Source of the DNA: Candidatus Poribacteria bacterium
GTDB lineage: Bacteria > Poribacteria > WGA-4E > WGA-3G
DNA: 64,000 nt
Direction: 5' to 3'
Assembly: GCA_965215265.1 (NCBI GenBank)
Contig: OZ244048.1
Location: forward strand, 400,917-464,916
Shown piece after piece: positions 29,652-39,770 of this stretch. Every line of letters starts with the position of its first letter. Position 1 is the first letter of the stretch. The position numbers and the translations under genes were made by a program. Under the pieces are notes generated by a model. It did not search any database and was not told the DNA's origin. It was given only the letters and a program-made list of their open reading frames with translations.

Positions 29652-31140
29652 ATTCTTTTGCTTTCCTTTGAATGGTTCGGCGGCTGATTTGCAAAATTTT
29701 CGCCGCTTTCGCTTTGTTATTCTCTGCATATTCAAGTGTGGCACGAAGAGCCTCGCGGCTAATTTCGTCAAGTGACATGCCGACCTCCACATTAATGCGC
29801 GGCACAATGCTGCTGCTCGAATCTAACGTCCGAAGCGTCGGTAAGAACGGCATCTCTGAGACACCTTGATCTCCCTCAAAAAGCGGAGGAACCTTCTGAT
29901 TCAGCGCAATGCTGCTTTCAGGTTCATATTGGGAAGACTCATGTTCCGCTAAGGTCTTCTCAAGGATGCGCTCAGGTAGTTCAGCCTGTTGTATCGCTGA
30001 CTGTGTAGACATAACCACAAGCCCCTCAATACAATTTTTCAATTCTCGCACATTTCCAGGCCAGTCGTACTTCATTAACGTTCTAATCGCCGGGGTTGTC
30101 ATCTTCATCAAAGCTTTTCCGTTTTCCCGACAAAATTCTGCGAGAAAATCTTTGACGAGCAGCGGAATATCTTCTACCCGTTCTTTAAGTGTCGGGAGGT
30201 TAATCCGGATAACGTTGAGCCTGTCGTAAAGATCTGGGAGGAACGTGCCGTTTTGGCATGCCGACTCCAAATCATGGTTCGTTGCACAGACGACCCGCAC
30301 GTCAACTTTAATCGTTTTACTCCCGCCCATCCGTTCAAATTCTCGTTCTTCGAGGACACGCAGCAAACGTGCCTGATTGGATAAACTGAGTTTCGAGATT
30401 TCATCCAAGAAGAGCGTGCCACCGTGTGCAAGCTCAAACCTGCCTTTGCGTTGATAATAAGCCCCGCTAAACGAACCACGTTCATGACCAAAAAGTTCGG
30501 ATTCCGCAAGGTTCTCGTTGAGCGTCGCACAGTTAAAAGCGATGAGCGAACCACGCCGCAAACTGCGATGATGAACCGCACGAGCAACGAGCTCTTTACC
30601 TGTCCCACGCGCACCGTAGATAAGCACCGTCGCTTTTGTCGGCGCGACTTGCGTCACCATCTCACGGATCCTGATGATTTGCGGGGACTGACCGGTCAGA
30701 CGCCGTAAGCCCTCATTTTCGTCTATTTGCGATTGCAACTGGCGGTTCTCAAACTTTAGACGTTGACTTTGGAGCGTTCTCTGCAGCAGCGCCCTCAGGT
30801 GAACAGGATTCACCGGCTTCGGCAGAAAATAGGTCCCTTCATGCACTGTCATCGCTTTGATGCCGATATCAGTCTCCAAAATATTGGAAGCCGTGATGAA
30901 AATCACACCTATATCCGGATGGTGCTGCATCGCCGCTTCTAACAAACTTAACCCATCAATCCGTTCCGCTTTCAGTGTCGCAATCAGGATATCCGTTTTC
31001 AGATGCTCAAGCTGATAAAATGCTTGATACATGTTGCTCGTCACAACTAAATTGAGCCCCTCTTCACCGAGCGTTTGGCAGACTAGCTCGCGTTGCCGTG
31101 GGTCGGCATCTACAATCAGCACGGTTTTCTGTGTATTCAT
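29629..31140 (-). CDS. sigma-54-dependent response regulator (NtrC family: receiver + AAA+ + Fis-type HTH)
   Basis: N-terminal receiver, Walker A GARGTGKE, GAFTGA-like ESELFGHERGSFSGA, and a C-terminal HTH. Confidence 0.85.
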   Translation of the reverse strand: MNTQKTVLIVDADPRQRELVCQTLGEEGLNLVVTSNMYQAFYQLEHLKTDILIATLKAERIDGLSLLEAAMQHHPDIGVIFITASNILETDIGIKAMTVHEGTYFLPKPVNPVHLRALLQRTLQSQRLKFENRQLQSQIDENEGLRRLTGQSPQIIRIREMVTQVAPTKATVLIYGARGTGKELVARAVHHRSLRRGSLIAFNCATLNENLAESELFGHERGSFSGAYYQRKGRFELAHGGTLFLDEISKLSLSNQARLLRVLEEREFERMGGSKTIKVDVRVVCATNHDLESACQNGTFLPDLYDRLNVIRINLPTLKERVEDIPLLVKDFLAEFCRENGKALMKMTTPAIRTLMKYDWPGNVRELKNCIEGLVVMSTQSAIQQAELPERILEKTLAEHESSQYEPESSIALNQKVPPLFEGDQGVSEMPFLPTLRTLDSSSSIVPRINVEVGMSLDEISREALRATLEYAENNKAKAAKILQISRRTIQRKAKEYGLCHED

Positions 31141-31399
31141 TTTTTCTCACTACCTTCTTGATAAACAGCATAGCAAATTACGGGGCGTTGAGCATGCTGT
31201 AGAACGCTTCCCCCTTATTTCCAGAAAACGGACGGAAGAGATAGGGCATGCAGGGATGTCAGCATCTTGCCGGTAATTTGCGCTAAAGCACGGACCCATA
31301 ATCTCAATCGCAACAAAAAACCGAGGTAATTCGGTAGCAGTCCTATAAATTCACTTTTGTCCGTTAAGAAATCTAACAGGCTGAATGAACGAGTCATCA

Positions 31400-31850
31400 A
31401 GCTAACTTTTTCCGGATGAGCCCACTCATTAAAAGGTTATCTGCCTTACCTCACACTTGAGGAGTTAAAGCAAACATCACCTTACCCATATCTCTCATTG
31501 AGGTAGGACAGAGCTCGTCAATAACTTTTTTAGCGAGTACGGCAATTTCGGATTCCGAGAGCTGCCCCTGAAGAAATACTCCAAAACCTAAATTTGCTCG
31601 GATTTCCTGGCTATTAGTTGCGTTCAACCCCTGTTTTTTTTACTGTGCCAAGACCTCTTTGCACTTCTTTACTTGGTTAACTATGATTTCCAGAATGCCG
31701 TTATCATCAAGTTTGACCACTTTTCAATCTCTTTATCCGGGATTGCACCGCGGATCGTCCGGATTGCGAAAAGTCGCAGTTTATCACGTGCATTCATGAC
31801 TCCTTTCATTTCTTCATTCAGTGTGTCATGAAGCGTCATCAGGCATTACG
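31400..31850 (-). pseudogene. decayed GatB/YqeY-domain gene (multiple frameshifts and an in-frame stop)
   Basis: Minus-strand translation gives MTLHDTLNEEMKGVMNARDKLRLFAIRTIRGAIPDKEIE, then in shifted frames LDDNGILEIIVNQVKKCKEVLAQ, GLNATNSQEIRANLGFGVFLQGQLSESEIAVLAKKVIDEL...MRDMGKVMFALTPQV, TGA, then GKADNLLMSGLIRKKLA. One junction lies at an A8 run. Confidence 0.5.
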
Positions 31851-32392
31851 CCAAAATTTTATGTTTCATAAATTATAACCGATAACTCCGTTATGAGTCA
31901 ATAGAAAATTTACGCGCACTTCCTCTATTTTTTCTAGCAGATTTACGAGAAACGGGTTTTCGTGGAAGTTGATTCTTTTTTGACACGTTTCCACAAATCT
32001 AGAATACTGTGAGAACCGGCCATCGTGCCAATGCTATCCGAGCCGAATTTACCGGAACCCCTCAACGAAAGAGCAGAATACGTCGACAGATGTGTTAGTC
32101 GATACTGTCCCCCATTTCGCAGCTCTCTTGCGCCGCGCGGACTCACAGCTTTTCTCATACACAGACTCCGCCATCGTCCCCAGACGCAACTCACAAAAAA
32201 AGTGCCGCTAAATCAGACTCCCATACATTTTTCTTACAATTTTTTTAAAAATATGATATATTAATGTGAACATCATAAAAATCTGCCTGACAATGTTGCA
32301 AACCTGCTTATCAGAGGAGACAACCGCATGCACAATAAACTCACAAAGCCCAGCCTCGTCCCTCAACCGCATGGCCCCAGAGGAGCAAACGC

Positions 32393-35300
32393 ATGAACAA
32401 AGAACACATCAGAGAGGCTCTCGCTGCAATATGCACTGGCCCCTTTTTACAAACCGCGAAAAACCTGCTCGCCACGCTCGGCTACCGCAGCGATTTGACA
32501 GAAGCATTCTCTGGAACAGCCGGCGACTTTATAGAGACTTTCCCCGCATTCAACCCGAACACCCAAACGGAACAAGCCCTCCGAAACCACGCAGCCTCGA
32601 TACACTTCATCTTCCAACTCACAGACGCAGAAATAGATGGCGAAACGCAACAGCGGTTAGAACTCTTTGAAGGAAACGATGCGGAAAGTTTCTTTTTCTT
32701 CGCGGTTGAACTAAAAGAGAAAACCTACTCCCGCGGTGCGTACGCAGAATTGACGCGAGAAATCAATAAGCGTCTGATTGTTCCGACGGTGGTGTTATTT
32801 CGTGTGTCAACCCGGCTAACCCTCGGTTTTGTGGGACGCCGTCCACACGAGCACCACCCAGAACGTGATGTTCTCCAACAAGTGACACTCATCAAGGATA
32901 TTCGTCTTGAGGCACCGCACCGTGCGCATTTAGATATCCTCTCTGAACTTTCACGAACAGAATGCCTGAACTGGATGGACGCAAATAACAGACAGAAAAA
33001 CTTAGCCGGACTGCTATCCGCCTGGCTAGCGAAACTCAACACCGAAGCGCTCAATAAGCAGTTCTACCGAAGGTTGTTCAGCTGGTTTGAGTGGGCAGTG
33101 AGGGAAGCGAAGTTCCCGACAGCCGAGCTGAATCCGTTGGGTTCCGAAGCACACATCATCCGGCTCATCACGCGGCTGCTCTTTATATGGTTCTTGAAAG
33201 AAAAAGGGCTTGTCCCCGAGTGGCTTTTTCAAGATTCCGGGCAGAAAGAGCAGGCGGGCACGCAAAACAACGAGCTGTCTGAAGAATCTGAACAGAATAG
33301 GCAGGTAAGCCTGCAAAACAACCAACAGTCTGAATACCCCCCCCCTTACAGACGTTAAGTCTTCTGCCGAACTCCACGACAGAAAGCAGCCTGCACGCAC
33401 ACCTCAAAAACTTTGAGCCCGACACATCCGACTACTACCAAGCCATCCTCCAAAACCTATTCTTTGCTACTCTCAACACACCTATAAATCAACGCACATT
33501 TAGCACACACGATAACCGGAGCCACCGCGACTCAAGCAAATATCGCTATGCTGACCTGCTCCAACAACCCGACACCTTCCTTCAACACCTAAAGCACGTC
33601 CCATTTGTCAACGGCGGACTGTTTGACTGCCTCGATACCTTTGAGGCAACCGGCGACGGCGGTGTCCGAATAGACTGTTTCTCTGATAACAAAACAGTTC
33701 GGCAAAAATTACACGTCCCCGCAAAACTCTTCTTTGACAAAACACACGGCCTCTTTCCTCTCTTCGCTCACTATAAGTTTACCGTCGAGGAAAACACACC
33801 CATTGAACAAGAAGTCGCGCTCGATCCAGAACTGCTCGGACAGATATTCGAAAACCTGCTCGGCACCTATAACCCCGAAACACAATCCACCGCACGCAAA
33901 GCCACAGGCTCTTACTACACACCCCGCCAGATTGTCGACTATATGGTAGACGAGGCACTCATCGCATACCTCCTCCAAAACGTCAAACCCTACGACGGAA
34001 ACACACAATCCCTTGAAGAACGCCTCCGCGAAGACCTCCTCGCTTACGAATCCCAAGGCAACATTGATGAAGACGCACATCACCTCATTCATCCAGAGGA
34101 AATCCAACCCCTCATTCAGGCAATCGACGCACTCAAAATCATAGATCCAGCCGTCGGCTCCGGGGCTTTCGCTATGGGCATCCTCAATAAACTCGTGCTC
34201 ATCCTCCGAAAACTCGACCCGCAGAATCAAAACTGGAAGCAGCGACAACTTCAACAAGCTGAGAACATACCAGATACCCATAGCCGAGAAAGCGCGAAGC
34301 AGGCAATTGAGGCAGTTTTCTCCAAGGCGAATCACTACAACGACTACGGACGTAAACTCTACCTCATCCAAAACGGCCTCTACGGCATAGATATACAACC
34401 CATCGCCGTCACCATAGCAAAACTCCGCTTTTTCATCTCCCTCATCATAGAGCAGATACCCAACCAGAACCCTGACGACAACTACGGCATCAGACCCCTC
34501 CCCAACTTGGAGACGAAGTTCGTTGCCGCAAACACCCTCATCGGCTTGAAGGGGGCAAAAGAAACGGATTTTCAGCGCTTGCTGGAAACAGACACCATCC
34601 AACAACTCCGCAACGACATTGAAGTCATCCGCGCCAAACACTTCTCCGGCAGCACCCGTCCGCAAAAACTTGAGGCGATGCGAAAAGAGGAAAAGTGCCG
34701 TGAAAAATTGGCACGAGCGCTAAGAACACAGTCGGAACAGTGGACGGTGCAGGAGCAAAGCCGGATATCCCAACAGATTGCGCAGCTGCCAAAAAAGGAG
34801 GCGCGCAACCAACTCCAAGAAAAACTCGAGAAAGCGTATGCAATTCGTCAGCAAAAGCTAACAGCCAGCGTAGAAGAGGCACAGAAAATCGCAGACTGGA
34901 ATCCATACAACCAGAACGCCGTCGCCGATTTCTTTGAACCCGCATGGATGTTCGGCATCCACCACGGCTTTCACATCGTCATCGGCAATCCACCCTACAT
35001 CCGACACCACAAAATTCACCATCTCAAACCTACCTTGAAAACACAATTTGGTGATTTCTTTACGGGCATGGCAGACATCAGCGTCTACTTCTACAAACGC
35101 GGAGCCGAACTACTACGAGAAGGTGGTTTACTCTCCTACATCTGCACAAACAAGTTTATGCGCAGCGGCTACGGAAAAAAACTACGCCAATTCCTAACCG
35201 CTGAGATGGCACTAAAAACAATTTTGGATTTCGGCAGCCTTTCCGTCTTTGACGCAGCAGTAAATGCATCCATTCTCCTCGTTCAAAAGTCGCCACCTAC

Positions 35301-36300
35301 TCCAAACCACACCCTCCATGCGACAACCCTAAGGCATGTTTCAAAGGAATTTAACGTCCGGAAAGCATTTCAAACGCAGGCATTCCCGATGCAGCTCGCC
35401 TATTTGTCTTCAGAAGAATGGACGTTAGCACGCACAGAAACACTCGCCCTACTACAGAAATTGCAACACACGGGAACATCATTCAGCGAATCAATACAAG
35501 GTCAACTTTATATTGGTATCTTCACCGGATACAATGAAGCATTTATCATAGATGAATCTCTCTGTCAGCAGCTAATAGCAGAGGATGCCAAAAGCGCACA
35601 ACTCATAAAACCTTTACTGCGAGGGCGGAATCTCAAAAAATGGAAAGCGGTATCAGCAAACGAGCACTTGATAGCAATAGCCAGCAGTGCCAATAAACAG
35701 TGGCCCTGGTCAAACGCAGCAAGCGAATCTGAAGCCGAACAGATTTTTGAAAAAACCTATCCAGCAATCCATCGCCATCTAATACGCTATAAAGAGCGGC
35801 TTTTACCCCGTGATAACCAGGGAAAATTCTATTGGGAGTTGCGTTCGTGCGCCTATTACGACGCGTTCGAAAAGCCGAAGATCATCTATCCGGATATTAG
35901 CTCATCTATGCGTGCGTGTTATGATACCGCAAACGCTTTTTCCTTACAGACTACCTACATCTTACCTACTGAGGATCTCTCTTTGCTTGCAATTTTGAAC
36001 AGCCAACTTTTTGATTGGTATGCCAAATATAAGTTTCAGAGCCTTAACGATCCGTGGATAGGTGGTGGCTTGCGTTTCATTGCTCAATACATGCGACATG
36101 TCCCGATAGCCAATAGAACAGAAGCACAGAAAGCCGCACTCTCACGCCTCGTCGCGCAGATATTGGCAGAACCCAACGGCGATGCCGTGAACGCACTTGA
36201 GAAAGAGATAGATACCTTAGTCTATCAGTTATATGAGTTAACGCCGCAAGAAATTCAACTCATAGAACAGACGTATCGCGACGCAGGGATGACAGTATGA
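32393..36300 (+). pseudogene. MmeI-family Type IIG restriction-modification enzyme (PD-ExK nuclease + gamma-class N6-adenine MTase + TRD), reading frame broken at a C9 tract
   Basis: The N-terminal frame (32393..33358) carries D...FFFFAVELKEK (ExK) and the LITRLLFIWFLKEKGLV helix. The downstream frame opens at 33334 and carries LGQIFENLLGTY...GSYYTPRQIVDYMV, IIDPAVGSGAF (motif I) and VIGNPPYI (motif IV). The frames meet at the 9-C run at 33338-33346. Confidence 0.7.
33338..33346 (+). repeat. C9 homopolymer inside the Type IIG R-M coding sequence (candidate slipped-strand phase-variation tract)
   Basis: gaatacccccccccttac; the frame changes exactly here. Confidence 0.85.
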
Positions 36301-36395
36301 AGCACCACGCTCTATATTATAGCAACCCACCAGAATTGCGGTTTGGAGCCAAACATCTGAAGTTACGATATGAGCCGTTTTCACGAAAAAAGACG

Positions 36396-36425
36396 TTGAC
36401 AAAAAAGCAGAGACGCTGCTATACT
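36396..36425 (+). promoter_or_regulatory. near-consensus sigma70 promoter (TTGACA-18-TATACT) pointing into the tandem-repeat region
   Basis: TTGACA at 36396-36401 and TATACT at 36420-36425. There is no protein-coding gene for about 800 nt downstream. Confidence 0.4.
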
Positions 36426-36584
36426 TTATCATGAGAAGTCAACAGCCTAAGCAGATAGATAAGGATATCAAGATTTATTTCAAACGCGTCTGCTCTAAGT
36501 GGCAACGACTTTGGGGCCGAAGCGGCTGTCGGCGATAACCGCCTCCGTTCGTGAATTGGATAGTTTGTAGTCAAACAGAGGCAG

Positions 36585-36960
36585 CTGCCAGATAACCCGT
36601 TTTCACGAAAGGAACAGATTTTGTATTTTATGAACGCAGTGGTAGTCTACGCTCACGAAAATCCTCGTGAAACTTTTCGTGAATTGCATACCACCAACCA
36701 AAACAGAGGAAACTACCAGATAAGCCTGTTTCACGAAAAAACGCATGTCGAATCTTCTGAACGCAGTGGTAGTCTACGCTCACGAAAATCCCTCGTGAAA
36801 CTTTTCGTGAATTGGAGACTCTGGAGCAAAACAAAGGAAGTTGCGATATGAGCCGTTTCACGAAAGGAACGGATTCTGTATCGTATGAACGCAGTGGTAG
36901 TCTACGCTCACGAAAACCTCTCGTGAAACTTTTCGTGAATTGCATCCGGTACAGACACAC
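36585..36960. repeat. 3 x roughly 128-bp tandem direct repeat with embedded 9-bp perfect inverted repeats (TCACGAAAA...TTTTCGTGA) and many copies of the CACGAAA/TTTCGTG heptamer
   Basis: Units start near 36631, 36758 and 36886 (tgaacgcagtggtagtctacgctcacgaaaa[t/c]cc[c]tcgtgaaacttttcgtgaattg). A partial copy lies at 36365-36395. Confidence 0.85.
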
Positions 36961-37201
36961 CATTTTTTCCCATTGACAACCACCGTTCACCCGTAACTCA
37001 CAATTTAAAAAAAATATCACATTTGTAGTGCCCAAATAGGAGTCGTTCTCCAGCCAAGGCAACCAGATATCGACGTTATCTCAATAGCAAAAAAAAAATT
37101 CAAATCTGCTTTGCAATTCTATTAAAATTGTGGTAAAATTCACGTGCAATGTCCAGAACACTCTTAATTAAAGCCGTACACTGAATTCAAGGAGAAAACT
37201 T

Positions 37202-37966
37202 ATGAAAGTCGGTATTCGAGATGGCATGTTACCCGTTTCCTTTGAAGACGCGTTCCAAACCGCACAAAACATTGGGTTCGATGGCATTGAGCTCTGCCTC
37301 GGGGTCAACTACCGCCAACATCCACTCTGGCAAGACGATGCAGTCGATAAGGTGAACCGTTTAGCCGAAGCCGCAGGAATTGAAGTCGCCTCCCTTTCGC
37401 CCGGCGGGTTCACCGCCTACTCATTCATGCACCCAACAGATAGCACACGCAGCGAGGGCATTGCAAAATTGCAATACCTCGCAGAAATCTGTCCAAAACT
37501 CGGCGCAAACGTAATTCTCGTACCTTTCTTCGGAAACGGAGCCATCCAAGAAGAACACATCAACGCAACTCGATTCCTTGACGGACTAAAAGCCGCCGCA
37601 GAAACCGCTGAAAAACATCACGTCGCACTCGCAATAGAATCTACCCTAACTGCTCAACAACACCTACAGATTATTGATGCCGTCAAATCACCCGCAGTCG
37701 GTGTCTATTACGACATGGGCAACGCAACCGGATTCGGATACGACGCACCCGCTGAAATACGGGAACTAGGCAGCGCAATCGTCCAAATGCACATTAAAGA
37801 TACCAGGGGAAACCACGCAGGCGAAGGCGATGTCGACTTCAAAGCCGTTTTTGAAGTCGTCCATGCAATCGAATACGACAGCTGGTTCGTACTCGAAACA
37901 CCCGGCAAAGATCAACCCATACAAGCCGCTCGCAAAAACCTTAACTTCGTCAGACAGAATTTCTGA
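37202..37966 (+). CDS. sugar phosphate isomerase/epimerase (xylose isomerase-like TIM barrel)
   Basis: GFDGIELCLG, IAIESTL and HIKD TIM-barrel metal-site pattern. Paralogous to 12190..12978. Confidence 0.75.
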   Translation: MKVGIRDGMLPVSFEDAFQTAQNIGFDGIELCLGVNYRQHPLWQDDAVDKVNRLAEAAGIEVASLSPGGFTAYSFMHPTDSTRSEGIAKLQYLAEICPKLGANVILVPFFGNGAIQEEHINATRFLDGLKAAAETAEKHHVALAIESTLTAQQHLQIIDAVKSPAVGVYYDMGNATGFGYDAPAEIRELGSAIVQMHIKDTRGNHAGEGDVDFKAVFEVVHAIEYDSWFVLETPGKDQPIQAARKNLNFVRQNF

Positions 37967-38022
37967 AAACGCACTACGCTACCACAGCAAAACACAGAGA
38001 AAAACCGTATTGGAGATGTCTC

Positions 38023-38781
38023 ATGCCACAAACCGACATTTTTCAACCATACATTTTTGGAGAAGAAGAACGGAAAGCACTAGACCGGGACGGGCATTTT
38101 GTTTTACCACAACTGCTGCTACCACACGCACAGAAAAAACTAACTGAATCCCTCGCACACATACAGAAACTTATACCCGCTGCAGTGCAAGGCCATGAAC
38201 CCAACCGATTCGCAGCCGAATTTGATACTTATTTGGAGAGCCTCATCGCACATCCACAAATGCTCCAACTCGCACGCAACGTACTTGGAGACGAAATTCG
38301 CTTCGACCACTGCGTCACACTGAACCGAAACGGCGGCAATCGTGGAATCGGATGGCACAGCCACGGATACGCAGACGATGAACCACGACTAGGATTCCTA
38401 CGCATCTTCTTCTACGTCAACGGATTTCAACACCAAGATGCCGCATTAAAGGTAGTCCCCGGCAGCCACCTCTTCCGCGACGCTAAAATTCATGCACAAT
38501 CTGATCACGAATTGAAGGCAAATTGGATCGCACAAAAGACGCACCCCATAACCCGTAAACCCCTCAAAATCGAAACCTTAACCGCACTACCAGGAACCGT
38601 CGTCTTAATGTGGACACACGCCGCACACGCCGTCACACCCAGAAAACAACACAGTGACACACGCTGGACCGTCGTCTACGCATACCGAAACCCCGGCAGA
38701 ACCTCCGGAGCTAGATGGATAACACCTGAATTTGAGCGTAAACCGATACCCAGCACCGAGAAATTGATGCCACTCTACTAA
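38023..38781 (+). CDS. phytanoyl-CoA dioxygenase (PhyH) family Fe(II)/2OG oxygenase
   Basis: GWHSHGY...D (HxD) and a distal H in WTHAAHAV. Typical size of 252 aa. Confidence 0.7.
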   Translation: MPQTDIFQPYIFGEEERKALDRDGHFVLPQLLLPHAQKKLTESLAHIQKLIPAAVQGHEPNRFAAEFDTYLESLIAHPQMLQLARNVLGDEIRFDHCVTLNRNGGNRGIGWHSHGYADDEPRLGFLRIFFYVNGFQHQDAALKVVPGSHLFRDAKIHAQSDHELKANWIAQKTHPITRKPLKIETLTALPGTVVLMWTHAAHAVTPRKQHSDTRWTVVYAYRNPGRTSGARWITPEFERKPIPSTEKLMPLY

Positions 38782-38927
38782 TATAACCCACGATGAGCAT
38801 AACACCATCTCTTACTAGTCATGAAAAGTATAAGAACCCTCTGCTGTTTATACCAGAGCGAGAGCATAACAACCTTTCACACAAGACACCCCTCCGGAAT
38901 CAATCAAAATAATCTTCATCGCAAAAC

Positions 38928-39770
38928 ATGCGGAGTTGCTATATGAACAGTCCAAAAATCATAATCCCACGCACCGAAAGCGACAAGCTGCTCGCAATGC
39001 CAACACGCGAAGCTGAACAACTCTTCCAAAGTTATGAAAAGCAACAGCAGCTTGATATTATAAACGCAACGCGAAACCCTAGAAAGCGAGAACAACTCTA
39101 CTATCTCGTACCTGATTGCACCGAACTCATACAAGAAAGCCCAACCGTCGAAGTCCTCCAAATCCTCGACACGATGCTCGGCACAGGACTCGCATCCGCA
39201 CTGCTACCTTGCCTCTCAAATGAACAATTTGAAGAACTCGTCGATATTGCAGTCTGGCAAGACGGAAAATTAGATCAAGAATCTCTTAACCTCTGGCTCT
39301 TTGAACTCTCTGAATGCGATCGCGACGACCTCGCACGATTCCTCGCAGAACTCGACATCCGACTCCTCGCCGCACTCCTCCACCAACGCATACTATTGCA
39401 AAGCGAATACGCCGCAATGTTCATTGAAGCTGAATACATCGACCCAGGCTCCCCCGCAATTCGCTATCTCGATGAACAAGCAAAAACCATTAGTCAGGCT
39501 ATCTGGGAAGCTGACGGCGAGATCTTCCTTATGCTACTACGCGAACTCTTCGCAATTGATGAAGAAGGAGAAGTCGACGACATACTCGCTCATACACTCG
39601 GTATCGCACAAGCTGACAGACAAGAACGCGTCGAACTACGCGATAAACAGACCGGCATTGATGTCACAGAAGCTGAATTGACACAACGCGTAGATCTCAA
39701 CTCACTCACACTTCAAGACGGAGAAGAAGAAGAGCAGCAGGAGGAAAATGATGATGATGAAACAAAATAA
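38928..39770 (+). CDS. hypothetical acidic protein
   Basis: 280-aa ORF with coding-like composition and an Asp/Glu-rich C-terminus. No motif. Confidence 0.4.
   Translation: MRSCYMNSPKIIIPRTESDKLLAMPTREAEQLFQSYEKQQQLDIINATRNPRKREQLYYLVPDCTELIQESPTVEVLQILDTMLGTGLASALLPCLSNEQFEELVDIAVWQDGKLDQESLNLWLFELSECDRDDLARFLAELDIRLLAALLHQRILLQSEYAAMFIEAEYIDPGSPAIRYLDEQAKTISQAIWEADGEIFLMLLRELFAIDEEGEVDDILAHTLGIAQADRQERVELRDKQTGIDVTEAELTQRVDLNSLTLQDGEEEEQQEENDDDETK

Noticed and set aside
31440-31460. In-frame TGA in the yqeY-like sequence as evidence of stop-codon recoding or an alternative genetic code
   Set aside because: Many well-supported genes in the window terminate at TGA. The same locus carries at least two further frame disruptions, so a decaying pseudogene is the simpler explanation.
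32393-36300. BREX PglX adenine methyltransferase
   Set aside because: There is an N-terminal PD-ExK nuclease motif, and no brxA/B/C, pglZ or brxL genes are adjacent. The architecture fits an MmeI-family Type IIG enzyme.
36585-36960. Possible CRISPR array (regularly spaced repeats with hairpins)
   Set aside because: Only three units. The repeat core of about 55 bp is longer than typical CRISPR repeats. The inter-repeat segments are themselves conserved between units, so the whole 128-bp unit is duplicated rather than unique spacers. No cas genes nearby.
36621-37062. ORFs 36621..36851 (+) and 36628..37062 (-) as protein-coding genes
   Set aside because: They are translations of the tandem repeat and reuse the same peptide segments. 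The region has a noncoding composition with poly-A runs.
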